Positions 33,691 through 45,300 of a DNA stretch of 64,000 bases are shown here, one piece after another. Made by a program: the position numbers and the translations under genes. The stretch is from Caecitellus pseudoparvulus (Eukaryota > Protista > Bigyra: Bicosoecida), in NCBI GenBank assembly GCA_965644315.1, contig CBFFRQ010000057.1, positions 496,001 to 560,000 of the forward strand, in the 5' to 3' direction. The notes beneath the pieces are model-generated. The model worked only from the letters and a program-made list of their open reading frames with translations. It did not search any database and was not told where the DNA came from. The first letter of the stretch is position 1, and each line of letters starts with the position of its first letter.

Positions 33691-34335
33691 TCACATGATG
33701 TTCCACTTGCCCGTCTTGCGGTAGGAGGCCATGACTTGGTGCGCCTTCCGCCTGGTCTTCTTGTTGGTGTCACGGTTCAGCTCGTACACGGCATCCATCA
33801 CCTGAGGCGCGAAGGGTGCGGGGGGGAGGTGTGTGTGCGTGCGCTGGCCGACTGCGACCTGCGCGGCACGCACCCTCTCCTCCAAGTGGGACGGCGAGCC
33901 GTCGCACAGCGTGTGCAGGACCTGATACCTCACATCCTCGTCGTCGTCATCAACCATTTCTGGGGAGGCAGGGCGTTGCTGGCGCGTGCCGTGGCTGGCG
34001 GGGCCTGCAGCAATGCAGCCAGCGTCACGCACCAAACACACGGTCCCAGAAGGCAGGCACATCGTCCTTGACGTGGCAGGGGCACAACTCCTTCAGAGCG
34101 CGCTTGCGAATCCTGGCGTCGGAGTTCTTGGTCAGCTCGATGATGGCGTCCTCGTCGTACTTCTCCTTTGCCTGGAGTGCACGCAGGGGGCTCGGCGTGG
34201 TGAGCCAGGAATGGCGGCAGGAATGGGGGGAGGAACCAGGCCTGCGCCAGAATCCCGCCCCGGCGACGCCGCCCTCACCTTCTCAATCAAATCCTCTGCG
34301 TCCCTAAAGGACAACTTTGCGGCTGCTGCGGCCAT
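33691..34335 (-). CDS. Small (~130 aa) HEAT-repeat-like protein; exons 34335-34279, 34171-34033, 33959-33874, 33801-33691
   Basis: Three GT-AG introns splice in phase to give MAAAAAKLSF...RKRALKELCPCHVKDD..FWDRVFEMVDD...VRYQVLHTLCDGSP...RRKAHQVMASYRKTGKWNIM. Confidence 0.8.
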
Positions 34336-34589
34336 ATTGTGTGTGGTGCCCTGCGAACATGCCCCAGCGTCGGAGGGTGGGGTGCCGTAACTGTTGCTGG
34401 CGCTGGCTCGCTGCTTGTGCTGGGCAACCGGCGCCGCAGTGCCCACTCACTGTACTGTTCAAGCGAAGACTGGTGCAATGGAAGTGTATGGGGTGTTTCC
34501 TTGCTCTGTTAGCAGTGGGGTAGGGCAAATGGCTAGTTTGTGGATTGTGCCGCGCCGAGTGACATGGAGAGCCTGCATGCACACCCCCC

Positions 34590-35534
34590 TCAGGCATCAG
34601 TCGTGGGGGGGGCCTCCACCCGCGCCTTCTTGGCGGGGCTGGCAGCGATTTGTTCCAGGATGTCTGCTGCGTTGTCTTGCAGGTGCTTCTTCAGCATGCC
34701 CAGTGCCACAGCCCGGTGGGACATGCCATTCTTCACGTCCTTCTCCAGCTCAGCGTATCTGTGCAATGAAAGAGAAGGGGACCAGGGACGTGGCAACGCT
34801 GCACCGCACGGCATCAAGCTCTGCCAGCACTCACGTTTTGTCGAAGCCATCAGGCTGGAAGACGGGGTCCCAGCCGAAGTCAGTGGGCCCGCGCGGCGGC
34901 ACGATGGTGCCAGGCACCTTGCCTGCAAACGTGATGGGCTCCACGCCGGGGCCGGGGGTGAAAGCGAAGATGCACTGAGCATACGCCGACTTGTCTTCGA
35001 AGCCAGCAAGCATCTTGTTCTGGGGCGGGGGCGCGCGGAGGGCCGGTCCAGCGGGCAGACACGCAGCGCTGGCGCTGCAGGGCGTACCAAGCCATCGTGT
35101 CCCAACTTGCCCAAGAACCACTTGATGTACACTCCGGGAAGTCCGCCCAGGGCGTTGAAACAGAGTGACGTGTCCTCGCAGAAGACAGGCCCTCCCACCT
35201 GTGGCAATCGTGGGTGGAGCATGTCCCGCCATGTGCGCGAACCTGGCTCGCTGCCGTATCACGCACCTCCGCTGCTGCGAGCTTGCACTTCTCAGCGGCG
35301 ACTTCTTCGGGCTCTCCCTGGAGCTCTGGAAGGTCTAGGCTCTTGTTGGTGATGGAGAACGGCAGCTCCCCATCAGCGAGGATCTTTTGCACCTCCTGCA
35401 AGAGCCGCGGCGTGGTGGATGCGCACCCTCAAAAACCGCCGCTCGAAGCGCTCCCCACACACCAACAACTTGTTCTTGTTGCCTGTGACGAAGGTCAAGT
35501 TCACAGCTGATGATGATGGTGTGCTGGCAGCCAT
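34590..35534 (-). CDS. ITPA: Inosine triphosphate pyrophosphatase (Ham1 family), 5 exons; an upstream in-frame ATG at 35591 may add a presequence
   Basis: [53 protein letters not shown]. Confidence 0.95.
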
Positions 35535-35989
35535 GGTTCGAGTGTGACGTCGGGTGCAGCTTGCGAGCAGCCGGCAGCTCGTGGACAGCATGCAGGTGGA
35601 GCAGTCAAACTGGAGCGGACGGGGCAGCTCAACACCTGGAAGGCAAGAGAGAGCGAGTGCGACCAGGAGGTGGGGAAATGAGCATCGAGCGTGTCTATTT
35701 GAATGTGCCAGTCATCGTCGCTCTGCGCAGCGAGCCGGCACTACGCTGTCATGAACCTCGCGCGCCTGGTGAGCGTGGCGCCTGGTTGCCCAGCCCGCGC
35801 CCTACATAACACACTTCTGCACACCCCCCACACAACCCAAGACCCCACCAGCATGTTTGCCTATGCACCCTGCTGTGCCCAGCTGCTTTGCACCCCTTGC
35901 TCCAACGTGGTCTTGACCTAACCACGGCGACAGCGACACGGCCAGCGGGCGTTTTTGGACGGGGCGGTGTACACCGGGCGACAGACATC

Positions 35990-38107
35990 ATGTCCAGTGC
36001 TACACCCCCTGGCACACCTGCATCGGTGAAGCGTGGTGGCACAGCTGACTCGGGGGCTTCTCGGCCCTCACGCATGAAGTCTGAGCGCAGCGCCGGTGCA
36101 GGTCGCACAGCGACACGCTCCAGCTCACGAGGCAGCAACAGAGGCACCCGCCAGCCCACTGGGCGCAGCACCCGCAGCACGCGGACGGCACCAAAGCCAA
36201 AGGAGCCCATTCGGAAGATGTTCAGCCCCATGCCAGACGTCCCGCTGGCCAAGCTGCCTGAAGGCGCTCTGCTGTACCGAGCGGTGGTGCTGCCCGGCAC
36301 CGAGGCGCAGGAGGGCGCCGTCGCTGCGTCGGAGGTCTTCGCGCCCGGCGGCGCACCCACCCTGTTCGCGCGCAGCCCCGAGGAGGCCCTGCTGCTGCCT
36401 GATGCTCCCGCCTTGCCTGCCGGCTTCTTCACCGGCAACTCCCTGGCCAAAGCCTGGTTCCAGTCCCTGCGGGAGGCTGAGCTGCGCAGGCGGGCTGGGG
36501 CGCAAGCCGAGGCCCAGGCTGCAGCAGAAGCCGCCGCCAAGGCTGCAGCAGACTCCCCCAGCAGCAAGGCTGGCTCCCCTCGCCGCGGCTCGCCCAAGCG
36601 ACAGGGCTCTGGCGTGGGCTTTGGCCGCAAGGGCAGCAAAGCCAGCGTGGCTTCCAGCGCAGGCGCAGGGCCAGGCGAGGCGGGCACCGCCGCCGCGCCT
36701 GCACTGGAGCGAAGCCACCCCGTGTTCACCGACGCAGACGTCGCTCAGGCGTTTGCAGAGGAGCTGGCTTCCTCTCCTGCCGCGGGCGTGTTCAAGTCCG
36801 CGGGGGCCCGCCCGGTGGTGGTGGGGGTGCAGGTGACGGCGGCCCAGGCAGTGGCAGCCTTCCCCGACGATGACGCCGCTGGCTACGCCAAGCTGTGGGC
36901 TGCCGTCATGGGCAGGGACATCCCAGAGCAAGCCACGGTGGCACTGAGTCCTGCCGTCCCTGCTGAGGAGGGTGTGCCTGCTCTGCAGATGTCAGGCCCC
37001 TCATCCTCGCAGGAGGAGGGCAAGGGGGACGAAGGGGGGGATGAAGGGGGGTCACCGCAGGAGGAGGGCAAGGAGGGCGTGGACAGCGATGGGGGCGGGG
37101 CGGCCTCCGGTGACGTGCTGTCCCTGGCGACGGGCGGCGCGTTCCAGCTGCTGCAGGGAGAGCACCCCCTCACCCGCGCCTTCTACCGCAACCTGCAGCT
37201 GCACGGCGTCGGCGGCTTTGCCTGCCGCCTGCCCCACCGCCATGAGCTGGCTCGCTTAGTGGGTGCGTACGCTGCTGCCCACTTGGCTGGGCGCCTGCCA
37301 AGCCAGCCGCCAGGGGGCGAGCCTGGCGCGGGCGACGCCGCCGAGGCGTCTGAGCAGAAGAGCGAGGGGAAGGATGGTGGCGCCAGGGAGGCGGAGGAGG
37401 AGGCGGGAAGGGGGGGTGCCGTGCCCACGCCACGCATGGTGTCGCCTCGCAGCCGCGCCACGGTGCCGGTGCAGGCCGCGCCGTCTGTGGGGGTGTTCGA
37501 GGCGCGTGGCGGCGGTGGCGGGGCGGACATGGCGGATGCCGTCGCCGCGCACAACGCCGTGGCGCTGAGCGGGGGACAGGAGGGGGGGCTGCCCCCCCAT
37601 GCCACGGTGCCCGTCGTGGCCGTGACTCATGCAGCCGAGTGCACGAGCCTGCACAGCCTGGCGAGCATCCCCCTCCCCCCCACCGCCGTGACCCTGCACT
37701 TGACGGGCGTGGAAGAGGGGGGTGGCCTGCTGTCGCTGCAGTTCGACGCACACACGCCGTGGGCGCATGTGGCGGCTGGCTTGCGGGCGGTGCACCCCGC
37801 CCTCGGCGCCGCGGAGCGCATGGCCTTTGCGCTGCCCTCTGGCCCGGTGTACGTGGATGAGTTGCCGGTGGAGTCGGGTGACGGGGCGGGCACGGTGGTG
37901 TCCTCCCGCTCCGGCACAGGCAGCAGCAAGCGGGACAAGAAGGGGGCTGCAGGGGGGCTGAGTGAAGAGGCCCTGCGGGATGGCACGCGCACCCTGCGCT
38001 CCTCTGGCCTGGTCAAGGCGGCAGTTGTGCAGGTGACGGTGACGCTGCCGCCGCCTCCGACGGTGGAAGTGGAGGCGACCAAGAAGAAGCGGAAGGGGGG
38101 CAAGTGA
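35990..38107 (+). CDS. Uncharacterised protein with a possible C-terminal ubiquitin-like/UBX fold and basic tail
   Basis: Long ORF with host-like codon use. The C-terminus VTLHL...LSLQFDAHT......TLRSSGLVKAAVVQV resembles a beta-grasp pattern and ends in KKKRKGGK. Confidence 0.6.
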   Translation: MSSATPPGTPASVKRGGTADSGASRPSRMKSERSAGAGRTATRSSSRGSNRGTRQPTGRSTRSTRTAPKPKEPIRKMFSPMPDVPLAKLPEGALLYRAVVLPGTEAQEGAVAASEVFAPGGAPTLFARSPEEALLLPDAPALPAGFFTGNSLAKAWFQSLREAELRRRAGAQAEAQAAAEAAAKAAADSPSSKAGSPRRGSPKRQGSGVGFGRKGSKASVASSAGAGPGEAGTAAAPALERSHPVFTDADVAQAFAEELASSPAAGVFKSAGARPVVVGVQVTAAQAVAAFPDDDAAGYAKLWAAVMGRDIPEQATVALSPAVPAEEGVPALQMSGPSSSQEEGKGDEGGDEGGSPQEEGKEGVDSDGGGAASGDVLSLATGGAFQLLQGEHPLTRAFYRNLQLHGVGGFACRLPHRHELARLVGAYAAAHLAGRLPSQPPGGEPGAGDAAEASEQKSEGKDGGAREAEEEAGRGGAVPTPRMVSPRSRATVPVQAAPSVGVFEARGGGGGADMADAVAAHNAVALSGGQEGGLPPHATVPVVAVTHAAECTSLHSLASIPLPPTAVTLHLTGVEEGGGLLSLQFDAHTPWAHVAAGLRAVHPALGAAERMAFALPSGPVYVDELPVESGDGAGTVVSSRSGTGSSKRDKKGAAGGLSEEALRDGTRTLRSSGLVKAAVVQVTVTLPPPPTVEVEATKKKRKGGK

Positions 38108-38144
38108 GGGGGCGGTGGCGGCGAGCGACCCCCACCCGCCGCCG

Positions 38145-39281
38145 TCACATGAATGCATTCAAATACAGCCGCGTGCCCTGCATGCTGACATCGCGGCACA
38201 GGACCCCCGCGCACTCCGCCTGCCACAGGTGCTCCTTGGCCAGGGCCAGGGGGATGCCCCAGTCGCTGGCCAGGGACAGCACAGTCACGTACGCCAAGCC
38301 CTGTCCGTCCCGCTGCACACAGGCGGCCGCGCCGTCCTCCAAGGCACGCACGATGCGCCTGCGGGAGGCGGTGTGCGAGAGGGACGTCAGCTGCAGCACC
38401 CGCACGCCGCTGCCGAAGGTGGCGGGTGTCAGTCCGTGGCTGTTCACCAGCGCACACGCCTGGGCGAAGTCAGACGGTGACACCAGCTCCGTGCCGCGCG
38501 CGCGGTTGTACAGGCAGTACAAGTCTGTGAGGGGCAGGATGCCGCCGGCAGTCTTCACCTTGGGCGCGGCAAAGGCGGCCACCTCCCGCGCCAGGGCGGG
38601 CAGGTAGCCCCCCCCCGCCGTGGCGCGGGTGACGGGGTTCACCAGTCCCAAGTTCCGGGAGATGGCCGCCACCTGCCTGCCCTCGCCGTCCTGGGCAGCG
38701 GCGGCCGCAGTGCCCTTGGCCCTGGCCAGCTTGGCTGACACAGACGACGCCATGCCCGCCACCAGGCGTGCGTTGGCCATCAGCGCCTTCACGTCAGCGA
38801 AGGCCTGCGCAGACAGGTCACTGGCGGCCGCCCGGTCCGCGGCTGCCTGCGCGCGGAGGCCAGCGAGGCCTGTGCGCTCGTGCGTCGCCCCTCGGGCTCG
38901 CTTGGCGGGGGGGGGCGCTGCCCACGACCGCCGCTGCACGGCTGTCTGCAGCATGTGCGTGAAGGCTGCGCTGCCGCCGGACTGGAAGCTGAGCTGGACG
39001 TGGCGGCCGCCCTTCAGCGCCACCCGCGCCTTGGGGTGGGAGAACACCATGAAGCCCGGCACTTCGTCCACTTGCTGCACGTCGCCAAGGTGCCAGAACA
39101 CCGCCTTGTCCGGGTGCGTGTACATTAGGCGGTGGGTCGTCAACAACGCCACGCCGCCTCTGTGCTGCTTCGTGTCGCCATCGTAGAGGTCCACGTGCTC
39201 CTGCCGAAGGTGCTGGATTTCATCACGGGACAAGACAGGTTCACCCCCCTTCCCTGTGATGAGGCCCTTCGCAAGGTCCAT
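38145..39281 (-). CDS. VPS36: ESCRT-II subunit VPS36 (GLUE domain + winged helices)
   Basis: VDLYDGD...G...LTTHRL, SHPK, LSF..GG, AFADVKALM..A, LG...PVTR, LTDLYCLYNRARGTELVSP.D, G.LCRD....G...YLN.F. Confidence 0.93.
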   Translation of the reverse strand: MDLAKGLITGKGGEPVLSRDEIQHLRQEHVDLYDGDTKQHRGGVALLTTHRLMYTHPDKAVFWHLGDVQQVDEVPGFMVFSHPKARVALKGGRHVQLSFQSGGSAAFTHMLQTAVQRRSWAAPPPAKRARGATHERTGLAGLRAQAAADRAAASDLSAQAFADVKALMANARLVAGMASSVSAKLARAKGTAAAAAQDGEGRQVAAISRNLGLVNPVTRATAGGGYLPALAREVAAFAAPKVKTAGGILPLTDLYCLYNRARGTELVSPSDFAQACALVNSHGLTPATFGSGVRVLQLTSLSHTASRRRIVRALEDGAAACVQRDGQGLAYVTVLSLASDWGIPLALAKEHLWQAECAGVLCRDVSMQGTRLYLNAFM

Positions 39282-39461
39282 GCACAGGTGGAAGGGGGGG
39301 GGCGAGCGAGACAGGGCGCTGCAAGCAAATTCCGCAGCCGCCTGCACCGCTGCTCAACCCTCCCACGCTGACCTGGAGCGGGCCAACGGGTGTACGGCGC
39401 TGGCGCACACGTCTGCACACAGCTCGCTGCAATTGCATTGTGCAGCACCACGCACATGGCT

Positions 39462-41400
39462 TCAAACCCCCCCTTTGCCGACGGGGCCCACGGGCGCAGC
39501 GACAGGCACTGCACCGCCAGGAGCAGTGAAGCGGTCGTAGCCTGCCTTCTGCATGACGGAAGGGAAGGCCTCCATCCACGCAGTGAGGAGCTTGCCGAAT
39601 TCCTCCGGGTGGGTGTCTGCCAGTGCCTCTGGCGCCTCGGCCCAGCACACGTACACCGTCTGCACCGCCGAGTGAATGACGCTGGTGACGATGCTGCAGA
39701 GGCCCAGGCCGAAGATGAAGCCCAGCACACCGCCGATGACCATGCCCACCTCCCGTGCATCAGTGCCCTCCTTGCCAAAGGCCAGCCCGAAGGCGACGCC
39801 CAGCCCCGCATTGGCCAGGGCCACCAGCAGCACGCCCAGGCTCAGGGCACGGTCCACAATGACGTCGTTGATGATGGTGGTGAAGCCGCGGTCCCGGAAC
39901 AGGCTCATGACGCGGGAGGCGCTCTGGTAGAAGGTCGTCCCGTACAGCGCCGCCATGACGAAGGCGTAGGAGGTGAAGTACTCCGCCAGCCGCTCGATGC
40001 AGCCGATGCAGCACTGGAGGCAGGCCAGGGCGACCCGGGCGCCGCCCTGGGAGTTGCGGCGGGCGTTGCGCACCATGGCCTTAAGGGCCTGGATGATGGC
40101 GATGATGAGACTGCCCAGGGCGATGGTGCCGAAGGAGGTGGTCATGGCGCGGCACAGGGCGCCGTAGGTGGGTGACTCGGGGCGGGCCTGGCGCCACCAG
40201 GTGCCGACGGTGCCGGCGATGGTGGTGTGCAGGACGTTGCGGCACACTTGCACGCCCCAGTAGAACGAAATGAGCATGACGAAGGTCAGCAGCGTGAACT
40301 TCGCCGCGGCGCCGGAGCTGGGGTCCACGTCCTCTGGCGTGCCGCCGTTGTTGGCGTGGCCAGGGTCGTCGGAGGTGGTGCCAGCCAGCAGGCGGCTCTG
40401 GGAGTCGCCCTGCTGGGCCATGTCCTTGTTGATGATGGTGACGAAGATGCCCGCGACGGCGGTGGACCACAGGGCCACCCACACGAAGCTGGCCAGCAGC
40501 GCCCCGAAGGCAGTGAAGAGGGTGGCGGGGTACAGGCCGACGGCGCCGGCGCCCACCTCCACGTTGGCGCCGGCGAAGGCCAGGCGCTTGCGCACACAGC
40601 AGTACCACAGGAGGCCCAGGCACCCCGCGAGGCACCAGATGATGAGCAGGGCGATTTGCTTGGTCAGGATGTACAGCCCGATGCCCATGCCGACGGAGAT
40701 GACAACCTTGAAGAGGATGGTGAAGATGATGAAGGACTTGGCGCAGCGGATGAGGAAGGTGACCCACAGGCCGCTGAGGATGGTGGCCATGCCGGCCGTG
40801 AAGAGGAGGATGTACAGCACCTCCTTGCCGCTGACGTCCACGGTGGTCTCTGGCTCCACATCGGTGCTCGTGCTGTGGTGGCTGTTGGAGTGCGACTCCT
40901 TCTCCAGGTGCTCAATTTCATCGTACAGTTGCTTGCCACCCCAGCCTGTGAGCAGGGAGCGGGGGGTGTGGTGCGGGCGGGAGCCCTTGGCGGCATGCGG
41001 GGGCAAGTGAAACCCCACGCCAGGGTGGGGTGCTCCGCGGCCGCTTCTCGGAATGTGCACGGGCGGCGCACGCACCGGCCAGACCCACGATGACCAGCGC
41101 ATGCAGCCAAAAAGCAACCATCCACAGGACATCTCGGTACCCTCCCCCAGTAGTTGGGGCGGGGGCTGCTGACGAGTCTGCCAACAGCGCCGTCTTGTCC
41201 ACGCCGGTAGACTTGCTGGCGCTGTACGATGGCTGCGGCTGGTACTGCCCAGAAGAAGGTGGCGGAGGCACAGGCACAGCGCCGTACTGAGGCTGACCGC
41301 CGGCGGAGTAGGACGTGGAGTATTCAGGCCCTCCCATGGATTGAGAAGGGGGGTACATGGGCGGTTGCCCTGGGGCATGCCCGTAGTTGTTGCTTGCCAT
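39462..41400 (-). CDS. Choline transporter-like protein (CTL/SLC44, PNS1-like); one intron near 40945-41076
   Basis: YRDVLW, YWGVQV..N..H.TIAG.VG.WW, RAMTTSFGTIALGSLI, YF.SYAF...ALYG..F..SA, C.AE.P; about 10 TM helices. Confidence 0.92.
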
Positions 41401-41877
41401 GGCGAAAGCCAAGAGATGCAGTGCACTTGACACGCCGAGTCGCCCAGGGAACGTGTGCGGAGTGACGGAGTCACTCAGGAAATACACAGGGAGGGAGCTA
41501 CCGTTGTGAAACGGGGGCTTGGTGTTTTGAGGAAGTGCTGTAGTGGAGCAGGGCGCCTTGAACGTCGCTGAGGGGCTGGGGCAGGTTGGCCGAGGGTGTT
41601 GTGGGGGGGTCCAAGAGGAATGCTGCCGCGTGTGTGCCGCCGAACGGCGCTCGGAAGCGCTGCCGCCTGCCAGCAACATCCCCTACCACACAACCTTTCA
41701 AATTCCACGTGCAGGTGACGGAAGTGCTTGTGCTCGGCTCACTGCCCCCCAGCTGCCGCTTCAGCCAATTCCATTTCCGCACACCTGCGCGGCGGGCCCG
41801 CGCTCCCCTCACGACGAGAGCAGGCCTCCCGGAGGCCTCCAGGGCAGCTTGACCTCCGCCATCTTCACCCTCTGACC

Positions 41878-42285
41878 ATGGCTTCCTCGTCTTCCTTCTG
41901 GTACTGGTTCTTCCGGGATGTGGGCTTCATGCGCAAGGCATCCACTGGCGTCTACTTTGCTGCAAAGCCCTGGCTGGCCATGGCAGTGGTAGTGTACTCT
42001 GGCGCACACCTTCTGGAGTACAAGATGCAGCGGACTGGCCACCTGCCTGTGGAGGACAAGCGCATGCCGGTGCGTAGTCCTGTGGCGACCTGCGCCAGCG
42101 GAACTTGACTGGCGCCAGTGTGGAGCACCCTTTGCACACCGCCCTTCCCTCCGCTACACTCGCAGTGGGCTGGGTACGACTCCGCGGAGCCTGCAGCTCT
42201 GCCCATTGGCGCATTGAGGGACGATGTGGACGTCCCGACACAGCTTGCCGCTGCCGCGGCTGCGCATGCCCACGACAGGCACTGA
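41878..42285 (+). CDS. Small (103 aa) predicted single-TM protein of unknown function; exons 41878-42069, 42166-42285
   Basis: A canonical GTGCGT...CGCAG intron splices in phase 0. Codon bias is strong, and there is a hydrophobic stretch PWLAMAVVVYSGAHLL. Confidence 0.65.
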
Positions 42286-42358
42286 GCAGCCCCCCCTGCA
42301 CCTTCCCTTCAATGCACATGTCTCAGTCAATGGAAGCGCTCCATGAATTGCATATGCG

Positions 42359-45300
42359 TCACTCACTTGCCGTGCTGTGGCTGGCCTGGCTGCCCTCCTC
42401 GGCCTCCGGCGGCTCCACGTGGTCGCTGGCCTGGCTGGCATCCGACGAGGCGCGGCCTGGCAGGGCGCGGTGCCTGGACTCGGGTGGCGGCGGCGGCGGC
42501 GGCTGAGGGGTGCCCGGCCGACTGCCGTCCTGCAGGGCGGGGCTCTGCCCCCACAGCTCTGCGCCCATCCACAGCCGAGTGTCTGGGGCTCCCTGTGCCT
42601 TGGGCCTGGGCAGGTCGCCAGGCCCCCCAGCCGACGCTGACCCCTCCTCGGCGGAGCTGTCCAGGCGGTGCAGCAGCCACACCACCTGCTCCCGCAGGCG
42701 CACCAGCAAGGGAGACGTGAGCGTGCCCACCACGGTGATGGTGAGCACCAGCAGGTACACCTTGCGAGACAGCATGCCCATGGCGTGGGCTTTGCCCGTG
42801 AAGGCCAGGCCGAATTCAGCCATCTGCGCCATGGCCACCGCCGCGGTGGCGGCCGTCGTCGCCTGCAGGCGGAAGGCGCGCAGGATAATGTACAGGAGGC
42901 CTGCTTTGGCTGCCAGCAGGAAGGCCAGGGCTGCCAGGAGGACCCACGCGTGGCGCAGCATGAAGGTGGGGCTGAGTACCAGCCCCACGGACGCCAGGAA
43001 CATGGCCCCGAACAGGCCTGACAACGGTGTGACAGCGGCCGTGAGGGTGGGGATGGGGTACGGCGCGGCAGAGGCCAGGGCCAGCCCTGCGACGAAGGCG
43101 CCCATCTCCAGCGACAGCCCCATGAGCTGGGTGGTGAGGGCGCCCACCAGGCAGCTGCTCACCAGCCCCAGCAGGAAGATGTCGGCACTGCTCTCCCCGG
43201 AGCCCTCCTCGGGGGAGCCTTGCAAGGGCATGTGCAGCCCCGAGCAGCACCGCTGGCGGCCGACGCAGGGCAGGCGCGCAGCCAAGGACGCCCATGCCGT
43301 GGCGGCGCCGCGCTGCAGGGCGCCCCGGGACAGCAGCTGCACGAGGGCCACCAGGGCGGCGAAGGCGATGCCCGACTGCAGCAGGGACCAGGCCGCCAGC
43401 AGCGCGCCGTCCATGTCGCTGATGCCCAGGGCGCTGGACAGGGACCAGGCGGAGCCGGGCGCCTCGTGTGTGCCGCTGCGCACCTCTGCCGCCGCCCACG
43501 CGTTGGGCATGGACAGCAGGAAGCCCATGATGAGGTCCTGCACCGCCAACATGGCCAGGGACACCTGCCCGCCTTGGGACGACAGGGCGCCGGCCAGCTG
43601 CAGGTTGCCGATGGCCACGGCGGGGGAGGACAGGGACAGGGCGAGGCCGACGAGGAGGCCCTCTGAGGGGCCTGCTGTCAGCCCCGTGAGGGCCCCCCCC
43701 GCCATGGTCACGGCGGTGAAGGCCAGCATGAGGAGGACGCTGGCCTGCACAGCCGCGCGGGTGGTGGCGACGGTGTTCTTGAACTTGGACCCGAACAGCA
43801 TGCCGTTGCGGAAGAGCGGGAAAACGACGCCGAACTGCGCGACGCTGGACACGGCGGGTGTGCTGTGCAGGATGTTGAAGCCGTTGGGGCCCACGGCCAT
43901 GCCCATGACCAGGAAGCCGAAGCCGGGCGGCAGGTGCAGCGCAGAGAAGGCCAGCCCCCCCAGCGCCGCCACGCACATCAACACGCCGATGTCCTGCAGC
44001 AGGACAATGTCGTAGTGCAGCATGGCTGGGTCGGGGAGCAGGGGCGCCTCTGCGTCAGGCCCCGCCACCGGCGCCCCCTGCCGCCCCCCGTCAGCCGCGT
44101 CACCGCCAGCGGGTGGCCCGCCCAGCGCCCCCTCCGCCGGGCGCTCAGGAGGGCCTGCGCCCTGCCCCTTGCCGACAGAGTGCTCACCGTCGCCCCACTG
44201 CGCATGCCCGGCGCGGGCCTGGTCGTGCAGCTGCTTGAGGCGCTGCATGGCCTCCCCCGAGGACATCTTGCTGCCGTCCTTCAGCGTCACCATGCCCGTC
44301 TCGTAGTCCACCTTGCGCTGCTGCAGGGACTTCATGATGTCGGCGATCTCTGCCTCCGCGGCGTCGATGGCCTGCAGCTTGGCCAGGTGGGCCTGAGTGG
44401 CTGCCAGGGTGGCGGCAGTGCCGTTGAAGCGCTGGATGAGCTGCCCCACTGCGCCGGCCAGGGCTGCCACGCGGTCCTGCTCGGCCACCTTCTGCCGCAT
44501 GTTGTGCTGCAGGGCGTGCTTGAGCATGGCGTTGGCGTTGGCCAGGCGGCTGTGCACGGCGCAGGGGCAGAGGCGCTGGGCAAGGGGGGACGCCTCCTCA
44601 CACGCGGTGCGGGCCCGCCCGTGGAAGGAGTCGGCAGCCAGGAAGCAGACGGGCGCAGCTTCCCCAGGCAGCAGGACAGCTGCAGGCTTCTCGCCGCCCT
44701 CCATGGCCAAGCACTTGCTGTCCCCGCCGCAGCCGAAAGCGGCGTTCAGCATGGCGCACTCGTTCACCTCCGGGAAGCCGTCCTCGTCGCAGGCAAGGTC
44801 CCCCTCCCCCACGCGGTGGCAGGCAGCGGCACAGTCCTCGCCCACGTGAGACCGCACGTGCACGAGTGCGGGCCGGGGCGCCTGGCCAGGGGGCTGCTCG
44901 GGGCCACTCCCTGCCCCCCCCCCGCTCGACCCGCCACTTTCCGCAGCGCTGCCGCCCTCCACACGCACGATGTCGGCGGCGGCGGCCTGCTTCAACTTCG
45001 CCATGACGGCAGCCTGTGACACGGATGACTGCTCTTCTTCCACTTCGTTGTCGCCTGCGAGCGCCAGCGTCTCGTTGTCTTTGCGCAGCTCTGCTGCGTT
45101 CTCTGCCAGCAACGCCTGCAGCTCAGCCTGCACGTCCACGGCTGCCTTTTCCCACGCGACGCCGCCATCTCCCGCCCCGCTCTCCGGCTGCTGCGCCGTG
45201 GCGTTCACGACTTCGGTGTGGTCGACTTCTTCGGATGCGTAGTCTGCAGGCACGCCTGCACCACCCGTGAGAGGTGACGGCGGAGGGGTGGCGCCGGGGT

